DNA of 63,193 bases, filler included, from Hausera hauseri (taxonomy: Eukaryota), in assembly GCA_046269625.1 (NCBI GenBank). It is 11 parts of 11 records of this genome, joined end to end, with 100 filler letters (N's around TTAATTAATTAA, not from the genome) between each part and the next. Parts side by side here need not be neighbours in the genome. Positions count along the whole stretch, not along the records: positions 52,469 to 58,990 come from JBJURY010091432.1; positions 59,091 to 63,193 come from JBJURY010760762.1; 9 more parts are not named here. The stretch is one strand, 5' to 3'. The stretch's first letter is position 1. The number at the start of each line of letters is the position of its first letter. The notes beneath the pieces were generated by a model. The model saw only the letters and a list, made by a program, of their open reading frames with translations. It had not been told where the DNA came from and searched no databases. The translations under genes were made by a program, and so were the position numbers. Positions 52,369 through 63,193 of the stretch are shown piece by piece.

Positions 52369-53487
52369 NNNNNNNNNNNNNNNNNNNNNNNNNNNNNNNN
52401 NNNNNNNNNNNNTTAATTAATTAANNNNNNNNNNNNNNNNNNNNNNNNNNNNNNNNNNNNNNNNNNNNAAAAAATGCTTCTCAGTTCGAAGGACCGTATC
52501 AAATAATTTGACAAATTTCGCCGCATCAGTGGGAGGTGAAAAACATGGAAGATGGTAGAATGATTCGCAGAAGAGTGGAATGGTTGAAAAGAGTGAACAA
52601 GGATCAAAAAGGAGAGGGGAAAGTAATGGAGCAGCAAAAATAAATAATAAACAAAATTATTACTTATTTTTAATTTGTTTAAATATTGAATAAAAAATAA
52701 ATACTTTTTAAAAACTCTTGAGACTTCAATCTGAATTATGTGCGACGAGAAACCATGTGAGATACAGGATTTCGATCCACCGATTTTGCAGAGCAAAGTC
52801 TTTTTTACTTTTGTTGTTACATATTTTTATTATTAAAGTGTTAGGAGTAATTACATTATTAGGGCTATAAGTCAGTTTTTCTTTTCTTTTACTTTTCACG
52901 AGTGAACAGTGGCGGGGTAAACGAATAAATTTTTTAAAAATTTGAGGGTTCGGCCCATACCAGCCATAATAAAACTACTATCGGAGACCCCCCCTGGGAA
53001 AGAAGAAGGTCTAGCAATGGACTTTGAACCGAGAGCAATCGGTCGAGCCCGACAAGTCGAACAATATTTAACAGCGCCGCGAAACCGGAAAATGTAACCC
53101 GGCGTCACAATAGGCGGTAGAATAAAAATGGGCATTGTGCAACTGGCAACGCAACACATGTTGTTGGTATATGGAAATTTTGTACAGAAGTAAAATTAAT
53201 GTTGGAAAGTCGAATGGACACGGTTTCGTCGTTGTTCGACCAAGGGAACATGGAGAACATCGGTTGGGAAAATTTCCGTCAGGTGAAATTTCCCCATGTT
53301 CAAGTCTGCCAGTGATGGAAATGGATCTCATATATTGCCCATAAGTTGAGGAAAATTTGATATTATAAGCGCCTCACGATCAGACCAACGGATCCGGGTG
53401 ACAAATGCCATCGAAAAACGCATTGTTAAAAAGTTATCGTTGTAAATGTGTTCGTTTTTTAGAAAAATTGTAAATTTTATTTTGAAA

Positions 53488-53887
53488 GACGACGACGAAG
53501 ACGCTTAAAATGATCGCACAAATTACCACGAGCATATTCGGATTCACCGCAAGGAGTTGAGTCGGAAAAAATTTGAATTGAACAAATTCCGGACACTAGC
53601 ACATTTGGATTTACCGCAACTAGTTGAGTCGGAAAAATTTTGGACTGTCCCAGTTTCGGACATCTGCATATTCCGACTCACCGCAATGAGATGAGTCGAA
53701 AAAAAATTTTGAACTGATCCAGTTTCGGGCACCTGCATATTCGGACTCACCGAAACAAGCTGAGTCCAAAAAAATTTTAGACTAACCCAGTTACGGACAC
53801 CTGCATATTCGGACTCACGACAACTACGACGACGACGAACGCACAAATTTCCACGAACTCATAATGAGTACTACTACTACTACTACT
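53488..53887 (+). repeat. Probable Polinton terminus: 4.3 x 67-69-bp tandem repeat ending in (ACT)n
   Basis: Units start at 53532, 53599, 53666, 53735, 53803; (TAC)n run 53869-53887 fits the AGTAGT...ACTACT Polinton end. Confidence 0.7.
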
Positions 53888-54059
53888 CACAAGGTGGTGA
53901 CAATCTGTCTACAAACTAATGAGTACCACCACCAAATATGTAACAGTAATATTGAAATGATACAACAACAGCAACAGTAATATAACAAATTGTATATTTC
54001 AAATCCACAAAACAGTCTGTCTGTCCATTCAAAAAAGCAGAATACGTTCACAATAATTT

Positions 54060-54140
54060 CTGTAAGCCACAATAGGCAGTAATGTCCACACAATACTTTA
54101 AGTGGATGTTGATAATGAAGTCGATTATATTCAACACGAT
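54060..54140 (-). pseudogene. Adenain-like cysteine protease C-terminal remnant
   Basis: YN....Q......CGHYCL. Confidence 0.6.
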
Positions 54141-54459
54141 GATATGACTTTCTTTCAATTTGAGAAACTGACGATGACGTTAATAAAACCCGAACAGATC
54201 GAATACCTTGAAGACGGCCGGATGTAAGTATATCGCAATCCAATGTTCGCCAAGTAATAATGAACTGTGTATTGACAAAGAAATCACCACCATTTTGTAT
54301 GTAAGTCCAGTGAAAAAAAGTGAAATCTCACACCCAAAAGCATTTTTACATAGTGACTGAGTTCAGTTTAGCTAAACGTAAAACGTGATTTAATTATAAT
54401 AGTAATAATGGTAATAAATTACTTCATGTACAAAGAGGAAGAAGAAGAAGGCTTTATTT

Positions 54460-54746
54460 ATACAATGACTGTTCCGTTTTCGTTATTTCAACCTCGGCAT
54501 CAAATACACCGTAAATGTACATCACGGTAGATTGCTCCAACGCTTTAGCAAAGTGAACCGCCTGTCGTAGGTTCCACTGCTAAAGTAGTTGAGTCTGTTC
54601 AACATCATAATCTGGAGCCAGGACAGACTAAAATCGACCGGTTGGTCCAAGTGTATGATAAACTGTTTAGCGGTATTGTCGTCATTGTCGTCGCCATGTT
54701 GTAATAATGATATGTTACTATCAAGTACCAAATAAATGCTCATCAT
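54460..54746 (-). pseudogene. Minor-capsid N-terminus joined by deletion to major-capsid C-terminus
   Basis: MSIYLVLDSN...NT..QF...L..P..F then VHFAKALEQSTVMYIYGVFDAEVEI. Confidence 0.55.
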
Positions 54747-55801
54747 TCAATTTGCGATGCAAAAATCCAGCTCGGTGTAGTGTATCCGTGCCACTTGAGA
54801 TATTACTTATTCGAACCTTTGCCGCGTAAACGTAGAATTTCCTGAATACGATATACATCGGGTTTCTCGGGTAGTACTTACAATTCCTGTTCGTAGAATT
54901 TGCCGCGTATTTCCTCACCATTTTCATCCTCTAAAACGTGCGTGATATGTGTTTGTTTTGTGTTGATTGCCGACATGTGGAAAACCTCGTTGCCCCAGTT
55001 CTGATTGAAATTCTTAATGAATGACGTCGTACTTATTTTCGAAATGCGTACGTAAGCACCGATTTTATATTTTGGGAGTTTAATTGCCTGTCGTCCTAGT
55101 CGGTTTTGATGAAGCCACATGTTCAAATCATCGATTACGTCAACCGGCCGTAATCCATTGATACCAAGATGTGTCGAGTGATTGTATGCATTAATAATAT
55201 CCGGTAGTACATCTAACCAGAGTTTGTTGTCTTGCTTCGTAAAGAATTTGTTTAGGCAACCGCGCAATGTTCGATTAAATCGTTCAACGAGTGCAGCCTT
55301 GTATTGTGAAAACGCCGAGTAGTGGTTTACGCCGAATCGTTTCAAGACCGCTGCAACATGGGCGTTGTAGAATTCCCTATCCAAATCGGTTTTAAATGCT
55401 TCGGCTGTTGTTTTTGTATCAGTGCCTGAACAGCGTAGGCAATCCCTTTACCGGACTTAGATTTCACGGCAACAGCGCGTGAAAAACGACTAAACACATC
55501 AATGCATGTCAGCACGTACCGATACCCATCGTTGATGCAGGCATACGGAATCATTTCCATCAGATCCATTTGCCATATATTATTTACACTGGCAGCACGA
55601 TATGCACTAGGTTGAAACTGCATTCTTATCGCTTTGTTTAGGCTGCATGCTAACTGTTTTCCGAGCCAATGTTGGGTCTGTTGCCGAGTCTGTTTGACAG
55701 TCTGCCAGTTTGTCGACGCCAGTATACGCGACGGAATGACGCGAATTGAACCACACGTCGCCCATCGGTGTTGTCGTCGATGGTGCCGGTTTTGCTTGCA
55801 T
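54745..55801 (-). pseudogene. Polinton retroviral-like integrase with C-terminal chromodomain
   Basis: WQMDL, Y.YVLT.IDVFSRF, EFYN, KA..VERFNRTL, YN...H, G.FYE.EL, YLKW.GY..PSWI. Confidence 0.92.
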
Positions 55802-55909
55802 TACAACAATTAGAACAAAATGTAAATAAAAGATTCGGTAAATTGGAACTAAAAGATGAAAACCATGCACCAATATCGCCAAATCATCATATACTTACCG
55901 TCATTGTTT

Positions 55910-56234
55910 ATATTATGCTGTAGAACCAATAAGTCCACCCAGTAATTACGTGAAAATCGGTAGAATTGCACCAAGGAACCCGCCATCTTGTTGGTACGTG
56001 ACCTCCCGTTTCAGTCGTTTACTACGGGTGTTGGCTAGACCAGAGTCGTTTTCGATATTTCAGTATACTGCGATTTCCACTACCAATGTCAACGTGACCC
56101 ACAACGATATTGTACAAAATTGCCATCAAATCGTCTAGTACAAACTGTGGGAATAATCGCAGCATGTTTTGCTTATGTCTCGTAGGTGCCTTGAGCAAAG
56201 CAATAAAGTACGGTTGATTACGTTTGAATCGCAT
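55910..56234 (-). pseudogene. Small conserved Polinton gene with C-terminal GG-FLG hydrophobic tail
   Basis: EI/AI.YN...G motif and QQDGGFLGAILPI; second copy at 41823. Confidence 0.65.
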
Positions 56235-56509
56235 GTTTTTTTAGACGTATTGATGCTGATGAGACGTAGTTGTTTATAATCGTTGCCACTGTGATGGTAA
56301 TTTGCGTCTAGCTGCTGCTTTTGTTGTTCGAAGCACAGAAGTGATTAATCGCTTGACTGTAACGACACCTCGTTATGATACACGTTTCTTACCGCCGGAC
56401 ACCCGCTTGGTAGTAGGTTTACGTTTAACAATTGTTTTTGCAAAATTCTTCATTTTTTATCATAATCATGTCGTCAATTTTCGAATTTGTTTACAGACAC
56501 ACCACCTTT

Positions 56510-57117
56510 CTAATTGAAAATGTCTGTTCGTACACGCATGTCATCGGGGCACTGTTGTGTAAAGTCAATGAACAAGTATCCGTGTAGCTCGGTCGTAGCA
56601 TCACGATATGCATCTATCAAGTAGGCTCGATTGTAAGGAAATGCTTGTCGTGCAACATAATCAATGATAGTTTGATCACGGGAATTTTTGAATAACTCCA
56701 AATAGTGTACGTTTAGATTTCTTGTTCGATGCTGTCCGCCCTGATGGAACATGTTTTACGTAATGAAAATAACCGTCACACCTCGGTGCCGTGCAATCTT
56801 CGTGAATAGGTTGTTGAAGTCCGATTGCATCTTGGCTTCTTATAATAAATCGTCGATGACAAGAACGTCACCGTTGCGTTATCTCTGACCAGTTCTCATC
56901 AAACTCATCAATTACCGTTATCAATTTCAGTTTACAAAATTCCGGATGTGTCATACCGGACTCACCATGATCACCAATACCCTGATGCCAGTTTATGTGA
57001 TTGTACTGCGGTGAATGGAACATGTCACGGTAGTTCTGCAATAATTTACATAAAGTATGTTTTGCCACTTCCACTGGGGCCTACAATCTGGAAAATGGCA
57101 TCATTCTGCAGCTTCAT
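56510..57117 (-). pseudogene. Polinton A32-like genome-packaging ATPase
   Basis: Walker A GPSGSGKT, Walker B VLVIDDL, RH, N..Y...FKN.RD, AY.DAT...GYLFID, R.RT.IF. Confidence 0.92.
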
Positions 57118-57207
57118 GTAATAATAATAATACAACCTTTCCTCACATGATTTGTTTATAATCGTGTTACACGCACATAAATAGCTATAGTATAAACACT
57201 TTCCAAA

Positions 57208-57663
57208 ATGTTAGCTAATATCAACTATAGCGGACATGTTACTGAGTGTGACATTAACACACTTTTTTATCAATGGAAGCCGAGGCAGTATGTACTCAAG
57301 TGTCCACCTAATTTTACATGCATCGTATTTCAATCGAGAAAGCGTCGTATTATGGGTTGTCGCAAACCAACCACAGCTGACAACAGTAAACTACTACCAT
57401 TAGGAATTGTCATTGACCAAATCCAATCAATAACGGTAACGACTCAGTTAGACTACGGCAAATCAATCTGTACAAATTAGCAATGGCTGCTGCTAAATGT
57501 ACGTATGAACCCGAACTGTTTCCTGCACTGAGACTGACATCGTTTCGACCACTCTGTGTTAATGTTTAGCAGTGGAAAAATTGTTATACTCGGTATTCGG
57601 ACAGTGAACTATGAACCAATTATTAACCAAATTAAAAACCAATGTTTTAGGAAATCAAAATAA
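57208..57663 (+). pseudogene. TATA-binding-protein-like gene inside the Polinton, two frameshifts
   Basis: L.NIN, IVFQS.K..IMGC, IQSITVT, INL..LA, YEPELFPAL, F.SGKIVILG. Confidence 0.75.
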
Positions 57664-57724
57664 TATACGTTGCACAACAACAAACTATAAATACCATTCC
57701 CATGCACATTCAGACATTACTGCC

Positions 57725-58340
57725 ATGGAAGACGATAAAACGATTCTTCTCAATGATGATGATGGTTGTACGAATGATGAAAGTTCAGATTGGCCGTGGT
57801 TGTTTGGGTACAAAAAGGACATTTCTAATGTCAAATTGCTGGAACCTGTCCAACAATTAGAAAAACCGGGTGATTGCCTGAAAGTCGATTGTCTGAAAAC
57901 GAAACAGGAACTTGCTCAGAAAGCAGCAGTAGCAGCTTTCGTCGTCGGCGCGCCAAACAGATATTTTTACCGAAACGAATTTTTCGCCAGTACGAAATGC
58001 ATTTTCTGCAAACGCCCGTACTGATTTCATTGAATGATCCCGTGTCTCCAGGTGCAACCAAGTACAACTATCGTGTAAAACGGCTTTCGGGTAAAAATTT
58101 GGATAAACTTTCTGATCCTCTACATCAATTAAATGTGGATTTAAAGTTAAACGAAACGACTGTGCAACAGCAATCTGTCGATTTACCGGTGCAGAAAACG
58201 AAATTTTGATTTTATCGGCCGGAAAATGTCTTATGCACCCGATGTTGCTGATTGTGGTTTATTAAAGTGACGACTGAATATCGAATTGCAAGGATACAAG
58301 GAAAAGCCGGTATCAAAAGCCCGATTTGGCGTGAAGCTAA
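57725..58340 (+). pseudogene. Unknown Polinton accessory ORF, frameshifted
   Basis: Overlapping ORFs 57611-58024 and 57874-58209, followed by AATAAA. Confidence 0.35.
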
Positions 58341-58539
58341 AGCACATTAATTATCAATAAATTTTGTTGTTTTACCGTTCTTCTTTCATTAACCCAATTA
58401 ATGAGTATAAATATACGTGTAATTTTGATATTGGCATAATAATGATAATGAATGATGTAAAGATTATCTTAACAGACGAAAATGCCTTTGTACCGAAGTA
58501 AGGTAATAATAAGACTTCTGGCCCACCTCACCCGGAGTG

Positions 58540-58990
58540 TGCGCGTCGATAAATCTATAGTGCACGTGCTAATCGATAGTGCATACTGTGCACTATCGAT
58601 CGGTAGTGTGCTAGGCGACGGTGCTAAGGGCGCTTTTGCACTTTTGACAAAGCGACCGCTGCAGTGCAGTATTGATCGAATCGATCGGGACAAAGTGCTA
58701 ATCGATAGTGCACATTAGGGCACATCGATTGGTGCACTGTGCAGGTGTGCAACACGTGCGTGTGCAAAATCAATAATATCGGATTTCCTATATTCTCAAT
58801 ATTGATTGGGGCACGGCACCGAGTGCCATCGAAAGCACACATTATGCATTGTCTGCATGTGCAGTTACACAGTCGAATATTTGCCAACCGGGACAGACGT
58901 GCCATAGGTCATTCCGCTATAAATTGAAAATCAATAATAGCAATATGGCACATATACTGGCAGGTGCAGTACTTGATGTACTATCGATCA
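58540..58990. repeat. Palindrome-rich short-repeat region (ATCGAT / GTGCAC), probable Polinton subterminal region
   Basis: atcgatagtgca-tactg-tgcactatcgat hairpin at about 58572-58600; gtgctaatcgatagtgca repeated. Confidence 0.55.
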
Positions 58991-59517
58991 NNNNNNNNNN
59001 NNNNNNNNNNNNNNNNNNNNNNNNNNNNNNNNNNTTAATTAATTAANNNNNNNNNNNNNNNNNNNNNNNNNNNNNNNNNNNNNNNNNNNNCTAAAGACTT
59101 ATTATCAATTACATTTACGATTATCGATGTTTTTTTCTTTTGTATATGATCTGAAATAAAATTGTTACCAATTTGGATTTGTAGCTATCGTATCATTTGG
59201 ATTTAATTTTCGCTCTTGAATTAAAGTTTCTACAGAGGCCACCTTTAATTTGGCAAATATTATTTCTTCCTGCTAGAAGCGAACAATCGCTAGGAAAGCA
59301 ATACAGCCATGGTACGTCACGACAACTATTACTACGATTATTATATCTACTCGGTGACATTCAGTCAGTTCTCAAGTTCAAATCAAATTATATTTTGGAT
59401 TCAAATTCCTTACAATAGCAATGCGACGATGATCTTGGTTATTTGAACGAAGAAAGTTTTGACATATTCGGCTTATAACAATTACTCTCTTTGGAAAGCA
59501 AAGCTAACGTTCTCCCA

Positions 59518-59639
59518 TGTGGTGCCCATCGCGGCCGGTGCCCCTTGGCCCATTTGGTTGGGCACGGCCGAGCGTCCGTTGCCGTCGCATTGGATCCATA
59601 GTTGGGCCCGATTCTCCGCCTCGAAAATTTTACAAGATG
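59518..59639 (+). mobile_element. TGTGG GC-rich element, copy D (122 bp)
   Basis: Collinear with copy B from TGTGG to ACAAGATG. Confidence 0.92.
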
Positions 59640-60759
59640 GACGTGTTGCCTATCTTAAGAAGTTATGTAAACGGCCCGATTAGACAAGCTTTTAAATAAT
59701 ACTAATCACAAAATTATGGAATAATTCTTAACAAAATCTATTCATTGAAAAGAAACCACCTAAATTGTTAAATGCAAACCGAGACGTCTGCGATTATTCG
59801 TTAAAAAATCAGTTGATATACGGTCGTTTTCAACGCCAACTGACAAGATAATGCTCAAAGGTAACAAAGATAAAAGGCATAATAGTCATTTCGACGATAA
59901 TTCAGTGATCAAACCAACCATCAGTCTGCAATAGATTCTTTCAAACTCTATTCTAAGTTGCCATTCCAAGCGCAGTTAATTTTGAGACAATTTAAATATC
60001 ACTGAAAAGGAATTATTTTATTATAAGTAATTCCGGTATTCCTAGTTCTACAACAAAACGTATGGTAATGATGGTTATATCAACAAATTAATTTACAAAA
60101 TTCTCAAATTTCCCCTCATATATCGAAATTGTCCAGCTTTTGGCACGCGAAAAATCGACAGAAACTTACGCTTACTACCAGGAAAAGTGTTTCTGGCAAT
60201 GTTACACCAATTGGCAGTCCCGTTATACCAAAAAGACGTTATCGAAACTCCAACAAAACTAATTACTGACATTGATGTTACACTTTCACAATGATTTTAC
60301 GTTCGCTCTTACTCATCTGGATTTTCAGTCTTTATTGGGCCAACAGTTTCGACAATACACAGCATTTACATCTGGCAGTCAAAATTCCGTCGTTTAAAAA
60401 CCGATCGCGTATCTATCAAGGCTGTTTAAGAGTTCCAAGATATTTGTGTATCACTCATAAATGTCACAAGTTATTCTGAAAATCGTTTCACCGTATCAAA
60501 ATGAATCTGACATTTATACAGTTTTAAATCCCAAAAGTGAAAGCGAAATTGTTATTCGGAAAATATCTCAGTTATTGATCATAGCAATGGGAAATAATTT
60601 CCAACTTTCCATACTGACCAAATGTCGAAAAAAGACCAATTGACAATTTATTTCACGATATGCCGAATTTGCCCGGTGTTACGGCTGAACATTTTATAAT
60701 GGAGGAATGTTGTTGAAAAAGAATACATTTTTTGAAATTTTTCAAGCCATATTACAAGA

Positions 60760-61150
60760 ATTTGTCTTTTGGAAAGTTCGATTCAAATTTTTTAGACATT
60801 GTAATTGGAAATTTTGAATTTCTACTGTTCTTAAAGAAATTTTATCCTGAAAATTTCGCCAGGCAGATTTAGTACAGCAAAGGAATATATCAAGAGATGA
60901 TAAACATTCATGGATGTGGCGGTGGTCGTATTGCGTCGACAATTGGACAAAAAAAGATATGCCTACAATGCAAATCCTTCCAAATGACAAATAACTTTCC
61001 AATTTTCTCATTATCTTTCCATTCTACACCGTCTGCCTGAGCATCATACAAGAGATTAAAATCATCAAATCTTGCGGGATTGCCAGCATGCCGCTTCAAA
61101 TTCAACCCTGCATATATCTGAGTCTTTTCTTGTTCCGATCAACATCTAAA
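60760..61150 (-). pseudogene. Possible retrotransposon gag relic
   Basis: F..F....A....W.D.EK..KL..L.G.A pattern across a frameshift. Confidence 0.3.
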
Positions 61151-63193
61151 TCCTTCTCCAATTAGTTCTTAAACCACGAATCTGACAAGTTAAGAATCTT
61201 TGAATCCGTTTTAACTTAACCAAGAATTTTTGTCCACTATGCCTTCAAGGTCATAACAAATATTTTTAAACCTAAGTTTTCGATCTTATCAAACTTTTCT
61301 GCGAAATACTAGTACACAATAATAACGTGAAATGATAAGTCTTTTGAAGAACAATAGTATTACAAATTTTGAAGCAAATATTTCGATCTATCAAAATATG
61401 TGTCAGAGTAATCTGTCAATAATTCTACAGCACTGATATAGATCGATCACAAAAAACCTTTTCAATAACTTCGTCGTGCTGGCGTTGTCACCAATCTTAA
61501 GTTATGCATGGGAAACGTTCATAACTAGATATTTGCAAGCATTAGTAATATTAAGTTGTACTAGTGTAAAAATTAGAGATACTCTAATGAATTGACATGA
61601 ATCAATTGAATATTTACGTGAACAAATTATAGCCACGATGAACATCATAGCACAGAAATTCTGTAGGGTCTTGCATATCACAATAATGAATCTTGGCTAA
61701 CGTTGTATAAAGAAGTATCCTAAATGAAGTAAATTGATAATTAATTGAATCGGGTAAACATGTTCCGAAGAAAATAAAATAACAAATTTTTAGCATTAGA
61801 TCTCTAGCACATTAAGGAAGATAAATAGACTTATTGAGTAAAGCCTGAATGAAGCAATATGATTGCTACTGGACTCAGTTTACTTTCAGACGAATTTGTC
61901 GAATATTGATGGATTGTTGGCATGGAGCTGAATCTGGAGATTTTCCAGCATTTGTTTGAGGATGATCAATTTCTGGCATTAGGGCCGGAAGATTCGGTGA
62001 TTAATATTTTCGATGATTTCACTATTTTGTTATTTCTCTGTTCTTGTTCGTCGTCGTTTCCTCGACATTTCCATTACCAACATGGCAGTTCTATTCGAAG
62101 ATAATATGGAATGAAATTTAGTCGATTCTGATGTTTCCTTAGGGCGATTTAAAAATTTCTGAAAATATCTTCGAAAATAATCGATACTGGTATATTTTGC
62201 AAATAATAGAATTATGACTCATATTTGTTTGCTCAAAGGATTTTGTTTGTATTCATAGTTGAAATTGGAAATATGAACAAATTTTTTAAATAGAAAATGC
62301 ATCAAATTTGTTTCTTATTACAGATTTCGTGTGAAAACCCGTCGAATATATTATTACCACTAAAATTCGTTTTTCAAAATACAAATTAGTTAATTATAAA
62401 GGAAATTGTAAACAATTTTTATTTAAAAATATGACAAAATAATCACTTTTAACTATATGATATTGTTTTTATGTCTTATATTGGTACATTGAGAGTGACA
62501 ATGCGACGTAATAGTAAAAGGCATCATTAACCAGATTAGTGTGGGGATACATGAATTTATGAACTTCAAAATCGGATCTGTTGAAGAAATTGTTTCCTTC
62601 TCTAGTTGCTTTTGTAGTGCTACCCTTAACGAAACCTGTGGAAAGTGAAATTCTTGAGCCCTTACGAAATAAACTGAACGAGCTGCGTGATATCCAGTGA
62701 ACTATATCTGAATAAGGGTCTTGATATTGATCGAAACTAGTTTCGTGTTATTGTAATTTGTCCATTAGTTCAAATAACAGTGGTTTTTCTTTGACACAAG
62801 TCTTGATTTTTCTGATAACCGATATGCACAATCGGAACTACTTCCTGTGAGTACAGCTCATATATAGAACCTGATATTCTCCATTATTAAATAGAAACAT
62901 TTAGTGCTAACGACTTGCCCAGGCTACAAAGTCTGCTGTGTCAAAAGCAAGCTGGGTACTACAATGATCTGTCATGAAGGAATCTTGCTTTGTTTGACTG
63001 CCCACAATCATTGCAATTACTCTACAGATTTATTTTACAAATTCCATTTTCCCAGGTACATTAAAATAATCAATCAATTTGCATATCATAATTCCCAAAT
63101 GAGCTCCAAGATAAGGTACTGCGTATTTCATAACTACGCGGGAATACATTAAGAATCTTACAGTATTTACCTATTGCTTATTACCTCTTTACC

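Noticed and set aside
53532-53820. CRISPR-like array
   Set aside because: Whole 67-69-bp units are mutually similar, so there are no unique spacers; no cas genes; eukaryotic Polinton context
59520-59535. TGGTGCCCA / TGGCGCCCA as a tRNA-Lys primer binding site
   Set aside because: Match is only about 9 nt, and the upstream sequence is an interrupted target, not an LTR
59620-59639. Spliced-leader sequence ending in ATG
   Set aside because: Element is much longer and more GC-rich than known SL exons; three of five copies break before the ATG; no splice donor or Sm site follows

Overview
Eukaryotic, mostly AT-rich metazoan DNA. It is not one locus: 11 short contigs are joined by an artificial 100-bp linker (44 N + TTAATTAATTAA + 44 N) at 4816, 13656, 19174, 23516, 27848, 33985, 41642, 47141, 52369 and 58991. 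Most of the content is decayed mobile DNA: three CsRn1-like Ty3/gypsy elements, several Polinton/Maverick pieces (pPolB, integrase, packaging ATPase, capsid and protease remnants, a TBP-like gene, one terminus), two hAT transposases, a DD37E-type Tc1/mariner relic, a Tx1-like LINE, tRNA-derived SINEs, MITEs and a chuvirus-like glycoprotein relic. Two host genes look intact: LSM10 (one 43-nt intron) and an ankyrin/SOCS-box gene. The most unusual signal is a GC-rich, hairpin-rich element of up to 122 bp with a sharp TGTGG/TATGG outer end. It occurs in five separate contigs, cuts into Polinton or gypsy sequence, and is each time followed by different host-gene-like sequence on the same strand. 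Co-oriented mosaics of broken host genes (NMD3-KDM5; BPTF-chromo-like-CNOT1) also sit directly upstream of two gypsy elements. Together this suggests an undescribed gene-fragment-capturing mobile element, possibly gypsy LTRs carrying cargo in U3. All family calls come from motif recognition by eye; no database search was run.
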